From: Camelus dromedarius
Lineage: Eukaryota
Direction of reading: 5' to 3'
DNA length: 64,000 nt
Assembly: GCF_036321535.1 (NCBI RefSeq)
Contig: NC_087437.1
Span: forward strand, 25,546,001-25,610,000
Shown piece by piece: positions 13,341-26,640 of the stretch. The first letter of the stretch is position 1. Each line of letters begins with the position of its first letter. A model generated the notes under the pieces. It saw nothing but the letters and a program-made list of their open reading frames with translations. It was not told the origin of the DNA and searched no databases. Both the position numbers and the translations under genes were made by a program.

Positions 13341-13795
13341 AAAAAATATTTTTTAAGATTTGTTTTAAATTGTGATACAACAATACTTACATAAATTTTA
13401 CATTAAAAAGAATCACGTATCAAAGTTTTACTGTAGATTCACAAGTAAAAATCTAATATTTCCTATATTTAGTAGTTATCTCTACAGAAATGCCTTAGAG
13501 GATTATGCTATTTTTTACCCCAAAAGATCCTTTTTTCTCCTTCTCTGGTGTTCATCTACAAGGGTCGAGGGACAATGTTGACTATAATCAGGAGGAGGAC
13601 GAGATCCCATGACAGACAGCCACTTAGTAGAGCCTAACTCTATATAAGGAAAAATATGTTCTTGATGTGGCCCAGATGGCTTCATTCCCTTTAAAAACAT
13701 TCTTAAGATGTAGTGTTAATGCTTATTCTGTAAATTAGAAAATAAAAGTCTGACCATATTCAGTGAATCATTTTAATCTTTTTTTTTCTTTCCAG

Positions 13796-13880
13796 ATTTG
13801 ATACATGATAAATTGGTCTAAAATGGCTGAGTTTTTATCTGAATAAGTCATTGACTCCATCCCAGAAGGTCTGCATCCAG
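13796..13880 (+). other. AGTR1: AGTR1 exon 2 (85-nt non-coding exon, probably alternatively spliced)
   Basis: Polypyrimidine tract plus ttccag acceptor (AG at 13794-13795) and donor CAG|GTAAAT (13881). Internal TCTAAAATGGCTGAGTTTTTATCTGAATAA matches recalled human exon 2. Confidence 0.88.
13805..13846 (+). other. uORF in exon 2: PEP7-like MAEFLSE* (13823-13846) with in-frame extension MINWSK from 13805
   Basis: ATG ATA AAT TGG TCT AAA ATG GCT GAG TTT TTA TCT GAA TAA. The second ATG has strong context AAAATGG. Confidence 0.75.
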
Positions 13881-15689
13881 GTAAATGTTCTACACCTGTA
13901 ACATCGTATCTGTCCGCAATTTTCTCTAACATGTCAACAGTGAAGATGGCACAAGAAGCCACACAGGCCTTTGTTACATGACAAACAGAAGCAGCAGAAA
14001 AGAATGAAATTCCAATCTTAACTCATCCCTTCTAATATGCAGCTTAAAAACATATATATTTCTATGAATTTAAATGTAAAGTGTCAGAATTACAAAGATA
14101 TTCATGTAGTGATGATAAACCATGTGAGAGATCTGCAACCCCTTGGCAAGGATCTCCTTGTGGTTAGAGGTGATATCTCTGAGCAGCACTTTCCATACTA
14201 TGTAGGGCTTTAGGAGGGTCAGGAGGGAGATGACCGTGCTCTCTCCCCAGCCACCAAATGGGGGACTTGAGTTCTGCGATGCCCCAGCACTCAGTTCTAG
14301 ATGCACAGGTCTAAAGACTATGAACCTACAAACGTCTCCCTTACTCCAATAAGATATAGGGGAAGGGGCTCTGGAGTTGGATGCAGAGGCACCCTTTCAT
14401 TCCCATGCAGCTTAGCCCACTGGTAGGCATGAGTTCCATGGAGTCACACAGCAGGGCACTTCACTCAAAACCTGAGAGAGCAGCCGGGGATGCTCTGTCA
14501 GTCCAGCTCCTGCCACATGGGCCCGTAGGATAGCTTTCATAAAGAGACTCGGCTAGCAGGATTTTTTTCTCCTGAAGTAAACTCGGCTCAAAGAACAAGC
14601 CCTCAGCTTCCCAGATTAACAGGGGAGACACTCCCTAGTTCCTCCAAGGAGAATGAAGAGTAGCTTGTCCCCTTCTGAATATGCTGAGGTAGATAAGATC
14701 AGTGGTGGTGGGCAGACATATGTTAGAGGTGACTGGTCTTTTTGATTGGCAGGTAAGAAACAGTTGCTGGAAGGCACTCCACAGTGGTATTAGGAAACTA
14801 TTTAGGACTGCTTTAATCTTGGAGACAGAAATAGTAACATTCTACAGAGCTGTGCCACTGGAAATCCTTAGGGGTTTTTTTCGTGAGGTATAGTTAAACT
14901 TAGGAAGCTGGGCTGCGCGTGTTTTCAGAAAAAATCCAGCTCTGGAAAAAGTACATTAAAAATATGTCCTAGTTAGGAAGACACTAAGACTGGAAGCTTT
15001 ATTTTACATCCTAAGAGTGCTGAACAGAAGGAGCTCTTTGTCTGTAATACCCCATCAGCCTCAGAGCAGAAGAACCGGGACAGTAATGTTGGGGGAGATG
15101 GGGGCTCCTGCCGGGAATAATTCTTCGACCAGCCTCTCCTCCCCTGTATTTTGGAAGCCCCTTGGTTTCTGATAACATCACACATTTGTAGCAAAACTTC
15201 CCAGACAATGATGACATTTTGCTTACAAATAAGAAAATACTGAAAAAAATTCTGTAAACTTTTAAACTTTTTCAAACCTTTAGGTTTCAGACAAATAAGC
15301 AAAACATGCTTAATTCTAAGAAGTCAGCTTTTGTTAAAGAACTGATTCCATGCCAATTCTGCCACTAACTAGCAACACTGCCCTTGATTTCCTGTGGAAG
15401 CATCTCTGAGGCCCCATCCCAGTCCATGGTCACTGTACTGAAATATAGAAAGTGTTTTCGGAAGGTCCTTCTGAACTTTGTATTGTCACTTTGAAACTTC
15501 CACCAACTTACAGCTACAGAACTTTGATCTCTTATTGATTGAAACCAGTAACATGTAAACAGCATTTCAGAGCGTGTTTTATAGAACCAAAAATATTTAG
15601 ATTGAAATCTACTTATGAAAATTGGAAAAACCTGGTTAGGACACGTAAAAGAATAAAACCATATTCAGTGGCTTAAAATCTACAGACCC

Positions 15690-15890
15690 TGCACTGTTCA
15701 ATATGGTAGCCATTTGCCCCATGTGGCTATTTAAATTAATTATAATAAATGAAATTAAAAATTCAGTTCTTCAGGTGTACTAACCATATTTCAAGTTCTC
15801 AATAGGCACATGTAGTCAGTGGCTACTGTATTGAATAGCACAGATATAGAACATTTCTATCATTACAGAAAGTTCTATTAGACAGTACTA
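15690..15890 (-). mobile_element. MER3-like hAT-Charlie element
   Basis: ctgttcaatatggtagcc...catgtggcta...tatagaacatttctatcattacagaaagttctattagacag. Confidence 0.8.
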
Positions 15891-18341
15891 TTATACACAA
15901 ATTATTAATAATGCAGTGGACTTCATTGCTACTTGGTAAGAAAGTTTTGTGCTCTTTTACACTTATTTGGAAATTTTAAACTCTAATTTTCTCCATTGGA
16001 GGTTATCTGGTATACAGTTCTCACAGGTCCCTTTTTCTTTTTCCTATTTATTTGCATAGCAAAATGTGTGGAATTAACTATTTTAAATATTTATTTAAAT
16101 ATTTTATGTACTCTTCTAAAGTCAGAGATTTTTATTTTCTTAAAAATTGTGAAAAGTGGTACACAGCTATGTTGAGCTAATATGTGGCTGTTGGCTTTTT
16201 TACCTAAATCACTGACATGTCTAAGTAAGCAAAACAAGAAAAGATGTCAGATAATTTCTAAAGTCCAATATTTTTTCTTTATCCTTTATATTCTGTGAGA
16301 TTTTATTTTTCCTACAATGATAGGTATGTCTCAGTTGTATATTTAACTAAAGCTGACTTACATTTTTTAAGCAGTTAGAAAGCCAAGCAAAATATATATT
16401 GGACCATTTATTTCTTTTTTCTTTTTTATGGAAATAAGTAATATATTAATAGTCTCCATTTTGATTTCAAAATTATATATATATATATCAGATAACAATA
16501 GTTTGTTTATAATTTTTAATTAATATAATCACCCTTTTTATAGTGTATTCTTAAACTTGTTGGTCACCATTTTCCTCCTAACATGATCCTACTCTTTAAC
16601 ATCAGTCTCAATTACTTTCCAGTCACTTATACTTAGTAGTTCAATTAAATTTGATTCCTGGACTAATGGCTGTATGTTACACAAGCCAAAAATTTTTTTT
16701 TTAATTTTGTCTTTGAGTCACTGAAGCATCAAGGTTTGGAAACAGCTATATAAATAGCTGTGAAAAAGACATATAAATATCCAGCCAATATTCCCTTCAT
16801 ACATTTAATAGTATCATTTTTCAGTGAAAGCATAAATAATAGAAGTTTGGGCCCAGTTTAGAATTGTTAAATATGAATCTCAGAGTCTTACCAATGGAAA
16901 AAAGGCAAAGTAAAGGTTAGCCATTTGTGGAAAAAAATAGCTTTCTTTATAGAATAAAGAATCTATTCCAAATAACCTGTTATTCATACAGTTTATCTAC
17001 AGTAACATTGTTCCTATGTTTAAATAATATAGCTAGATATGTTTAGCTTACAACCATATAAGAGATTCTAATTTAAACTGGATTACTATTAATATTTTCA
17101 AAAATGAAAAGAGTCAGAGAATTAGTCTCTAAATTTAGCAGTTCGGTACTGCTCACAGGAAGAACTTTTCACTAGTACCAAAAGTGCTGTTATCCTCTCC
17201 CTTCAACTAGCTAGTCATTCCTTTTAAGGTTCTTAAGAAGAGTTAGATATATAGGAGTGATTTTTTTAAATTCAAGAAAGATCTAGGATATCTCAGGAAT
17301 GTAACAGTACAGTGCAGACCTGACAGAAGGTAACCCGTTATCTGGAACTAGGTCTTTGGCACCTTTCCAGAATTTAAACAAAATACTGGTCTCGCTAGGG
17401 TGTCCCTGGGACAACAGGAACAAGCTCATACTGCAAGTCCAAAATCCAGTCAAGAGCAAAATCTTATCCAGGCAAAACCAAAATATTTCCGCACACATCA
17501 GAGGCCACCATAAAAAAGTAAACAAAGCTACTGTAGATAAAGCCAAGGCAGTGGGTAAAGGCTGTCTTTTGGCCTAGAGTCTGACCCTCGGCTTCTCGGT
17601 GATGCTCCAGGCCAAAGAGGAAGAACAAGATGGGTATTTTGCTGCCTTTTGGTCTGTCCAGTGAAGTCAGTGTACAGATCAAGAGGATAAAACAACTGTC
17701 TCCCTTAACAATACAAAGCAGAAAATCCAACCTGCTTTGGCAGTGTGAAAGCAATGCAAATTCAAGTCACTGATGACAGAAGCTTCTTGTGTGATACATA
17801 AGATTATTCTATAATCTAATGGCCCAGCCATATTTAACCCAACTCTGAACTTTTAATGAATGCTCATCTTTGTTTTACATAGAACATATTCATCTATACC
17901 CAACTAAACAAACAGAGGATGATGGAAATGGCCCTGTAAGAAGTGCTGGCCCACAGTGCATCTTCTAGGTCTGGGGCAGCTGAAGTAGCAGAGGCTCCCC
18001 CTGGATTTCTGCTAGAATTTAGGTTTAATTAGATGGATGCATTAGACACACAGCCTCTGAATTAAAGGGTGAGAAATACAACATGTACGAATTAAGTGAA
18101 GGAAAATTTACATTATGAATAAAGTAATAAATGTCAATAAATTTAAAAATTGATTTTAGCTTCCTTTATATGACAAATGTAACAGACCTAATTTGACATC
18201 TTAAAATGAAGAGATCTATGTGTAACCTATTTTGTGATTTTTATCTTCTCAGGAGGGTGTTTTTACATATTTAATCTTTTTTTTTCTTTTTTCAGTTTCT
18301 ATGGTGTCACCATCCATCAACCCATATTGGTTGAAATATAT

Positions 18342-18374
18342 ACACACACACATACACACACACACACACACACA
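18342..18374. repeat. (CA)n microsatellite
   Basis: Read directly. Confidence 0.95.
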
Positions 18375-19162
18375 AAGATCCCAAGAGAAAGTAATGCTGC
18401 AATCCTCCTCAGCAATTCATTCTAACAATTAAAAACCCTTAAGCTAAATAGAATAATTCATTTCACAGGAAACTTTTATTCAATATGCATAATTAGTTTT
18501 AGTTAACTTTATTAATGAAATGTCGCAAATCAATTAGGTTTGCAATAATCAGATGCTGAGGACCCAAGAGGGGCAATTTCCCTCACAAGAGGGGAAGGTG
18601 GTATACAATTTAGCTGGGAAGCAAATGTAATTAGATTTGATCAGTTGAGTATTCCTGTCCTTATGTGGCGTTAGGCACATACCCAAGCCTGAGTATATAG
18701 TTGGAAAGAGGTAGAAAAAACAATGTGATTTAGAAAATTTCTTCATGGTCCTATTGGACACAAACTGACAGACAAAGTGGGCCTTTGAAACCACAGGTAA
18801 ACAGATTTTTTTTTTTTTTCAGATAGGGCTATGTTTAAATTTCTTTTTCAAGTCTGAATGCCTTTAAGTAATAGTATATGAACTCAACTATTTGTCACAG
18901 ACCCCTCTATTCCTTAATGCCTTATAACAGGTATTTCACACATTTATTTAACTGCCTAAACCCTGATGGCATTTCATTTTGCAGCTGTTGTGACCTAGAA
19001 GTTTATTACTGAATGAGTGTGAGGTAACCCTAAAGTTTCTTTCTCTGACTGTAAAATAGGAATATCAAAGAAATGTCATGACAGTAAAAATTCTTCTGAA
19101 TGAAAATTACATTGAACACAAGTATTCCTATTTAGGGCTGCAGTGTGCAACAGATTCTGCTG

Positions 19163-19530
19163 TTATTCATTCAATAAGTATCTGTGTTGGACACCTACAT
19201 GCCACTCACTATTCTCAGCATTAAGGACAAAGTGGGAGCAAAGCAGACAAAAATCTCTGCCCTCATAGGACTTATATCCTAGTGCATGTAGTCAGAAAAA
19301 CAAGTAAAGTATATAGTATGTTGGATGACATGAAGAATGGAAATAAGAGTGTGGAAGCAGTGAGGGAGAAGGGTGCAGTTTTTAAAGGGTGCTTAGGGAA
19401 AGCCTTCGCAGTAAGAAGAAAGGAACTATGTGGACATCTGGAGGATTGCTCTGTGGAGAGGGCAGAGCAAATGCAAAGGCCCTGGGGCAGTACTATGCTG
19501 GCATATTCAAGACACAGCAAACAGGCCAGG
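19163..19530 (-). mobile_element. L2 LINE 3' end remnant
   Basis: ttattcattcaataagtat...gcagacaaaaatctctgccctcatagg...agcaaatgcaaaggccctgggg. Confidence 0.75.
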
Positions 19531-21869
19531 ATCCAGAAAGCAAGTTTTGAAGAGTATAAACTGACAGGCAGACTAGAGATGTATTTAGAATGGATGCTAG
19601 AAGAGGAAAATAAATGGAACTTTTTTTAACTTAGATGGTTTAAAGACTTAAAATGCTTTGAAATGTAGTGAAATGTTTTCACAAGAGAGATTTTTAAAGA
19701 AGTTAGGTCCATGATTCAATCCCCAGTGGTTGGTCTGGTAGCCATCGTAGTTGGCGGCTATGACTAGAACTCTAATCATTAAAAACCTGCATTTGATATC
19801 AGTTCCTCCTGGACACCCAACGGATTTCTTTCGTGTCTTTGGTACACTTCAAAAACACTTTGCCTATCACTGACCTGTAATCCCATGTCTCTGGACCTGA
19901 AAATAAAACTCCTTGTGGTGGAGAGTTAGTGGTGCATGACATTGCCATTAGATTATTTTTTAGTGAAAGCTTTGCCTTACATAAATATACCAATGAACTT
20001 AACCATTCCTAGGGACACCACTGAATGCAAAATGATTTCATGTTCTGGTTATTCCATTTAAATTATTTTATCTGCAAATCCAACAAAAAGAAAATGCCAA
20101 ATAAAAAGATATATTTGGGGTTGTATATGTGGCATCCATCCACATAAAACTAGGAATAAAATTATTTAATGGAAAATTTCTAATTCAACCACCTCTAACC
20201 ATGTAAGATAGTCCGAATTAGAAGAAACGATTCTGACTTTGTATTATTTTAGTGGTGGTGTTCTCTCATAATTCCCATGGTTTTTTTCCTGTCCTGCTAT
20301 TCTTCAAAATTTCCTAATGAGGATTAGGGAACAGGCATATTTAACAATCTGTATTTGCAGGCTGGAAACAAGAAAATAAAGACTAATCGTTTCTCTCCTG
20401 CTAATCTGATTTTCTACAGCTCCTCTCCTACCAGCTTAGGCAAAGGACTTAGTTACTATTTCCAGCAGATGGGGCCAAGGAAAAGACAAGTATCTGTGAT
20501 GTCATGTGTCCCCTAGATGGGCCAGCTGCCTTACAGGCCTCCATCAGAGACCTCGCCAAGAGTGAGAAGTGGTCACGAACAGAATGAGGGGGAAAATGCC
20601 ATTTCCTTTATTCTAGAAAAACAGCATTCCGTGGCCGGTTAACAATGCTGCAGTAAACATTTTCACACATTTCCCCTGCATGTGTGGAGAGTTAGAGGGT
20701 GTATGCTTAGAAGCGGAAATGCTGACTTGATTTCCGAAGTGGTGATGATAGAAAGAGGCCTCTGGAAGTCGTGCTGAGTTGACAGAAAGTTGACAGGGGT
20801 TCAGTCCTTAACTGTTCACGTGTGACTGGCTCTCTGAACTGAAGTGTAACCCGAGAAGAACTGCTAGTACAATTTCAGGTCCCAGGGCCAGTTATTGGTA
20901 CCAATAGTTATTTATTTACAACTGTACTGGAATTTATTTCCCAGGACCCCTTATATCGTTGACATCTCATAAAATCGGCCCTGCAAAGAACTAGAACATT
21001 TTGAGAATATACAATACACAACTTTCAATGAGAGGTTTTCATTTTCTCACACACAACATGAAAGTTGGTGTGAACTGACATGGACATCTGTCCAGACAAG
21101 TGCGAGTGATTTCAGGAAGCATGTTTCTCTTTTGTAACTCCAGTGTGTCCTTGGCAATTCCTGCATAAAGGCCAAACTGCCAAAGTCAGGTCCTTCTCCT
21201 CCGAGTAAAACCTTATAGTTGTATGTCAGTAGCTAGTCTTTGTTCTCTTCAGTGCTTGTTGCAAAATACAGCAATTTTCATTCTAAACCCCAGTAGTATT
21301 GGGAAGACAAGTTGAGTTAAAATAATGCTTGTAATTTAATCAGTATTCTGTCCCTAATAAAAAGCTAGTTAGTCACAGCTTCCTTCAAATCTCTCTCCCA
21401 CAGATTGTTTTCCCCTGAAAGGAGACACTATACAGCATTTTAGGGAAAACAAACTTTTCTCAATTGCTAGGGGTAAAGTAATGAAAGGGCTGAAAATAGC
21501 ACAATCACATTTTTTTCTCTCAATTCCCTGGGATTGAACAGATTTTTTAACTTCAGGTTTTTTTAACTGCCCTGAAAAGAGTTTGTTTCTAGCTGACTCT
21601 TATTTCAGTGTAATATTATATCTTCTTAATCTGGTAGAGTCACAAGTTTAAGTCATCATCCTGATCAGAAAAAAATAAGTGAGACTTATAAAGTAATTGA
21701 AATGGTGTAATTGTCTCACTCAAAAATAAATATATAAATAAACCAACAAACAATCTCAAATCCAATAATGAAACATCCTTGAAACTCTCCCAACTTGCAG
21801 TCCAATTGTAAGGGTGAAAACCTTGGGAGACCAGTTTGGGAAGCAGCCAGTGCCAGGTACTATTTCATA

Positions 21870-22190
21870 CACTTGATCTTACCCACTTCTCCCAGCAATA
21901 CTTAAAGGTGACTATGAGCATTGCCATTGTATTGTATTACTATTTTATGAATGTAGACACAAAGGATCAGAGAAAATAATAGTTAATGCCTATTAATTGG
22001 ACAGGCACTGGGTCAGTCATTTCATCTGCATTTTTTTACTTAATCCACCAAAAAACATTACAGGCTAGATTCTCTTATTGGCTTCATTCTTTCACAGACA
22101 CTGAGTCGACAGGGCCCATACTGCTAACCAATACCAGGATGAGAACTGGAATTTGGGACTGACTCCAATGCCCTAGTTCTGACCATTTCT
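21870..22190 (-). mobile_element. Degenerate MIR remnant(s)
   Basis: aggcactgggtc...ttaatccacc...cacagacactgag...gaactggaatttg. Confidence 0.45.
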
Positions 22191-24449
22191 CTCCCAGACG
22201 TAACCTATCAAATTCTCCAAATCTTCCTTCCCCTGTTTTTAATTAACTGCTACACTATCAGCATTTTTTACATATACATGTGTAAGTGAACGCTGTGCTC
22301 ATATTCAATTATAGGTTTATACTGATATTGGGTGCAAGTATAAGCTAGCATCATTTTGAAAAATAGTGAAAGAGTCAGGAGCTCTGAAGGTAATGTTCAG
22401 GATTGGGTAAAACATATTTTCTGCCACATTTCAGTGAGAAAATTGTTTATTCATATGCTACCAGCCATACGCAGAAATGCAACAGGAAATGAAAAACTTT
22501 ACTTTAAATAATGTGGTCTGTAGTACAAATTATTGTGCTGTGAATTAGTTTCCTTCTGCTGTAGAATTGATCATTTGGATTATGTAGACAAGCAGTGTAA
22601 GACATTACTGAAATTATCCTTGAATCCTAGCTTTGAGATCTATATAAAACACTAGGCAATATGCCTGTGAATACATAGAAAACACTTTTTAAAAGGATTG
22701 GGATAGGCTATTTTCCCCTCTGTTAAATAATAGCCTTTGAAATGAACCCAGCTTATCTGCTAAATAACACTTGCAAATTGTTGTGTTTTAATAAAGTGAC
22801 AGACTGAGAGAGAAGCCACACCAGAACTGCTTATGCTTCTGGTACGGGCCAGGAAGATTATGCATTAATGCCTTTTAAAAGAAGGGAGCCTCTTAGCGTT
22901 ACACCTTGCCTGGCAACGAATGGACCCACTTACTCTAAATGCAGGGGTAATTAGAATCTATGAAAATCCAGCATCAAAATCCCAAACCCCTGAAGCAATA
23001 TGTACTCAATAAATTACAGCTTTTTACCTCTGTAAATTTTCAACCATTCCATTTACGTACATCAATATATGAGTGTGTGGTGTTTTAGGGGGCCTGCTCT
23101 ATAATGCTATGGAAAGGTTTCATCACTATTAATCAGGTGTCCTGGAAATAGGACACCTCGTTTTTTTTAATTTCTGGAAGGCTCAGAGCCTGTGCTGCTG
23201 CTAGGAGAAGGTCGACTCAAATGGGCTAGGCCAGTGAAAATCCCCAGCAAACATGGAACCCAGTGAAAACCTGGGGGACTCAACTTGTGGTAGGTACCAC
23301 TGGCAGTCACCTCTATTAGACCTTTAACCAGGTAAGCCCAGGCTCATGCATTTGTTTCTAAAATTGCAGCAAAGCCTTATAAATTAAGCCTGAAAGAACA
23401 TTAATTTTTAGTTTAATCTTGGATGACCAAAAAAAGAAATTCTTATTTAAAAACCCTCATAAAAATGGTAAAACTAATGTTTTAAATGAACTAAACAGAA
23501 GACTTAACTTGCTTTAACTTTTTCTTTTGTTGCAGGAAACAACAAAGCATTTGTTTTAAAAGTTAAAACAGAAAGGTCTTAAAATGTATTGGGGAAAAAC
23601 TATTTTACAGAAAATAAATTTGTTCCCTGGATTTGTCACTGAGTGTGAAGGTATCCTCAGCTGTCTCCTAGAAAGAGCAGGGGACACTTGGTATCCTTCT
23701 GAATGGAAGGGTTCCTATTAGCTTTTCTCCTCCATTTCCTAGAGCGTTGTGATGTTTATTCCTTGGTATTATGTTTTTAAAAGATTTTAAATTTTAAAAC
23801 ATCAAAATAGGCATTGAAACTGAGAACTGAAAGTCTCAGCCAGTTGGGTGTGATTTTTAAAAATAGGTAATACAGACCTCTAGTGGTTGAACAGTTTGAA
23901 AGCCTCTGCAAGGAAAGGAAATTGTGCATCAAGTGCTTGCATTTTAAGGAGGAAAAGTTATTCACAATGTAAAATTCACATATTTCATACAAACAAAACA
24001 GAGATAATAATGAGCAGCAAGAGAAGATGGAGCATTTCCCATCCTTTCAGATGCTCTCAGTTCTTCCAAAACAAGCAAGGACCCTCCCATCAGAGTCCCA
24101 GCAAGAAGTCTGGATTTGTATTGTTTTTCCTCTGAAAGATTAACAACCAATTCACTTGTTACATGATTGGAGCTGGCATATGTGTGTTACGTGAAATAGA
24201 TTTTTATTTTCCCTGGCCCACAGTTTTCCCTCAGTGGGACTCTTCTTCCTCTAAACTCCAAGGGGTCCCTGTAGAAATGCAGGAGACCCTCACACAGCCA
24301 CTGCTTGCCTGCCCTTTCCCAGGGTCTCTCCATGCGACAGCCACACTCCACTGGACTGGGGCTCAGTGACTGGGGTGGTTCTCCATCTATGTGAGGAGCA
24401 AACTACTGGATCCATGCACAAGCTTAAGTGATTAATAAATGTCTCCCTA

Positions 24450-24606
24450 GAGCTTCTCAAATATGAATGGACACACAAATATACCTGGAGAATTTTGTTC
24501 AAATTCAGATTCTGACTCAGCAGATGTGGAGTGGGGCCTGAGACTGTTTTACTAGAAAGCTCCCAAGTGATGCTAACACTGGTATCCAGGACCACACTTG
24601 GGGAAG
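24450..24606. mobile_element. MER5A-like hAT element
   Basis: acctggagaattttgttcaaattcagattctgactcagcagatgtggagtggggcctgagact...caggaccacactt. Confidence 0.75.
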
Positions 24607-26199
24607 CAAGGAGGTGCTATAACATCTTATTTTTTATTATACTTTGTGTTTTACTGAGTTCTTCATCTTGCTTCTTCTTTTTTACTTTAATGGCATCTCA
24701 AAATTTAATTTTTGAATTTATAAAACTTTTACTCTCTTTCACTTGACTGTACAACTATCTCTGAGAAGCTGTTGATTCAAGTTTTGTAAAGTTGGTCTTA
24801 CATTTTAAGAATGGATTCAGTGTCATCTGTTTAGTTTGGTTAGTTCATGATGATTGTGAGCACCTCTCTAGCACCTGAAGTCATTAGGCATTTGTAGCCA
24901 CAATTTAATATCTGATTAGCCACACTGGGAGAGTAGGTGAGATCGGATCTCGGGCATGGTGCATGCTGAAAAACTGCTAAGGGCTCAAAGTAACATCCAC
25001 ATCATAAAATCAGGCAGAATAAAAAAGCACAAGCTGAAACTGTGAGAGTTTCATGGGGAAAACATGGGGAAAAATATTTTTCTAACAAAATCCATCATCT
25101 AAATAAGTTCATATCATAGCATGTTGTCAACCTTAATTTTGAAATCCATAATTTTAGAACTTATGTCATGGGGTAGTCTTTAAAAGCCTCTTGCAAACTT
25201 CTAACATCTAGTTTCAAATCAAAAATAATATACTAACAGGCTGTAGCATGGAGGGAGTACATAAATTATCATCATTGCCCTGCATGAACAGTAATTCACA
25301 GGTTTGGCTCAGACACGACTTAGATGAAATAATTAACTATGTACAGTACTTAACAGTATAAAAGTAATTAATCTAGCTGCCTCATACTGGTTTGGCCTAA
25401 ATAAACATGCAATAAAAAAGCCATACAATTTTATTATTTTTTCACTCACGTTACTACTTTAGTAAGTTGGAATTTTAAGATGTCAGAAAAAAGATATCTT
25501 TCCCTTAAAAAAAAAAGCACTTTCTTTTCCAATGTTAATGGACTAACTATAAGCTGAGTGAGTTCTATATATTTATAATTGTGGGCAGATATTCTCAATT
25601 AATAACAGTATGCATTCTGCTTCACAGCAGTTTGGCAAAAATGATTACCTATTTTAAATTAAGGTGTAAATAAGAAAAAAATCAATTTTTTAAACTACAA
25701 ATCACATAGACTCTGTTGAAGAACCACAGTCATGTGGTGGTGTAGCTTTGGCGAAAATGTTTCAGATAAACTGAATTTTGCCACATGGGTTCTGAGAGGA
25801 GACAAGTTGCCTTTTGGCCTATAGACTCTTCACCAGTGGGTCCACAAGGTAAAGGGCAGGGCCATTAGTTGGCATAAGGGTAACAAATAAGGCAAGTATC
25901 CCTGTTTGTGCAAGAGAAGAGAGCTCAGGTGATTCCTACAAGGGGGAGAGAGGTTCACCCCATGCAGGCCTGTGCTTTAAGCCTGTTCTCAGTGTATGCA
26001 TGCTTCTTTGCTTTGCAAAGAAAGAGCATGGAGCCCTGTAAAGGGTCCCCCCTGTGTTTCAGTGTATGTGAGTGATCACCCAAAAGGATGAGATGGAAGA
26101 ATCCCCAGAGATCACCGAGAGCCAGAAAACAGCTGTTGTTCCCACTAGCCAGAGAGGCAGAACTCGTAATTCTTGGGGCATCAGGTAGCATACTCAGAA

Positions 26200-26640
26200 A
26201 GGTTTTGCCTCAAGAATAGGAAAAAGCCCTAGGCTAAATACTGCTCTGGTCCCACCTAACAAAGCTTATAAGCCAGATCTGAAGGAATCAAACTGTTCGC
26301 AAGTAATTTAACTGCTTCCCAGAACAAAGCTGGAGAATTTATATCAGAATACAAAAATATCCAGCATCCAACAACAAAAAATTCACAGTGTTTAGTTTCC
26401 ATTCAAAAAGTACCTGGCACGCAAAGAAGCAGGAAAATAAAATCCATATAAAGAAAAAAAAATCAGTTAATGGAAATAGACGTAGTAATGACACAGATAA
26501 CAGAATCAGTTTATAAGGACACTGGATGATAATAACTGTATTCCATATGCTCAGGAAGCTAGAAGAAAGTTTGAACATATTAACTAGAGACATAGACCAT
26601 ACAAAAATGACTGAAATTAAATTTCTAGAGCTGAGAACTC
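26200..26640 (+). mobile_element. Old LINE-1 5'UTR/ORF1 remnant
   Basis: aaaaatatccagcatccaacaacaaaaaattcacagtg... and the ORF1-like translation FHMLRKLEESLNILTRDIDHTKMTEIKFLELR. Confidence 0.65.

Noticed and set aside
23135..23158. 9-bp perfect inverted repeat aggtgtcct-N6-aggacacct
   Set aside because: A stem this short is expected by chance in 64 kb.
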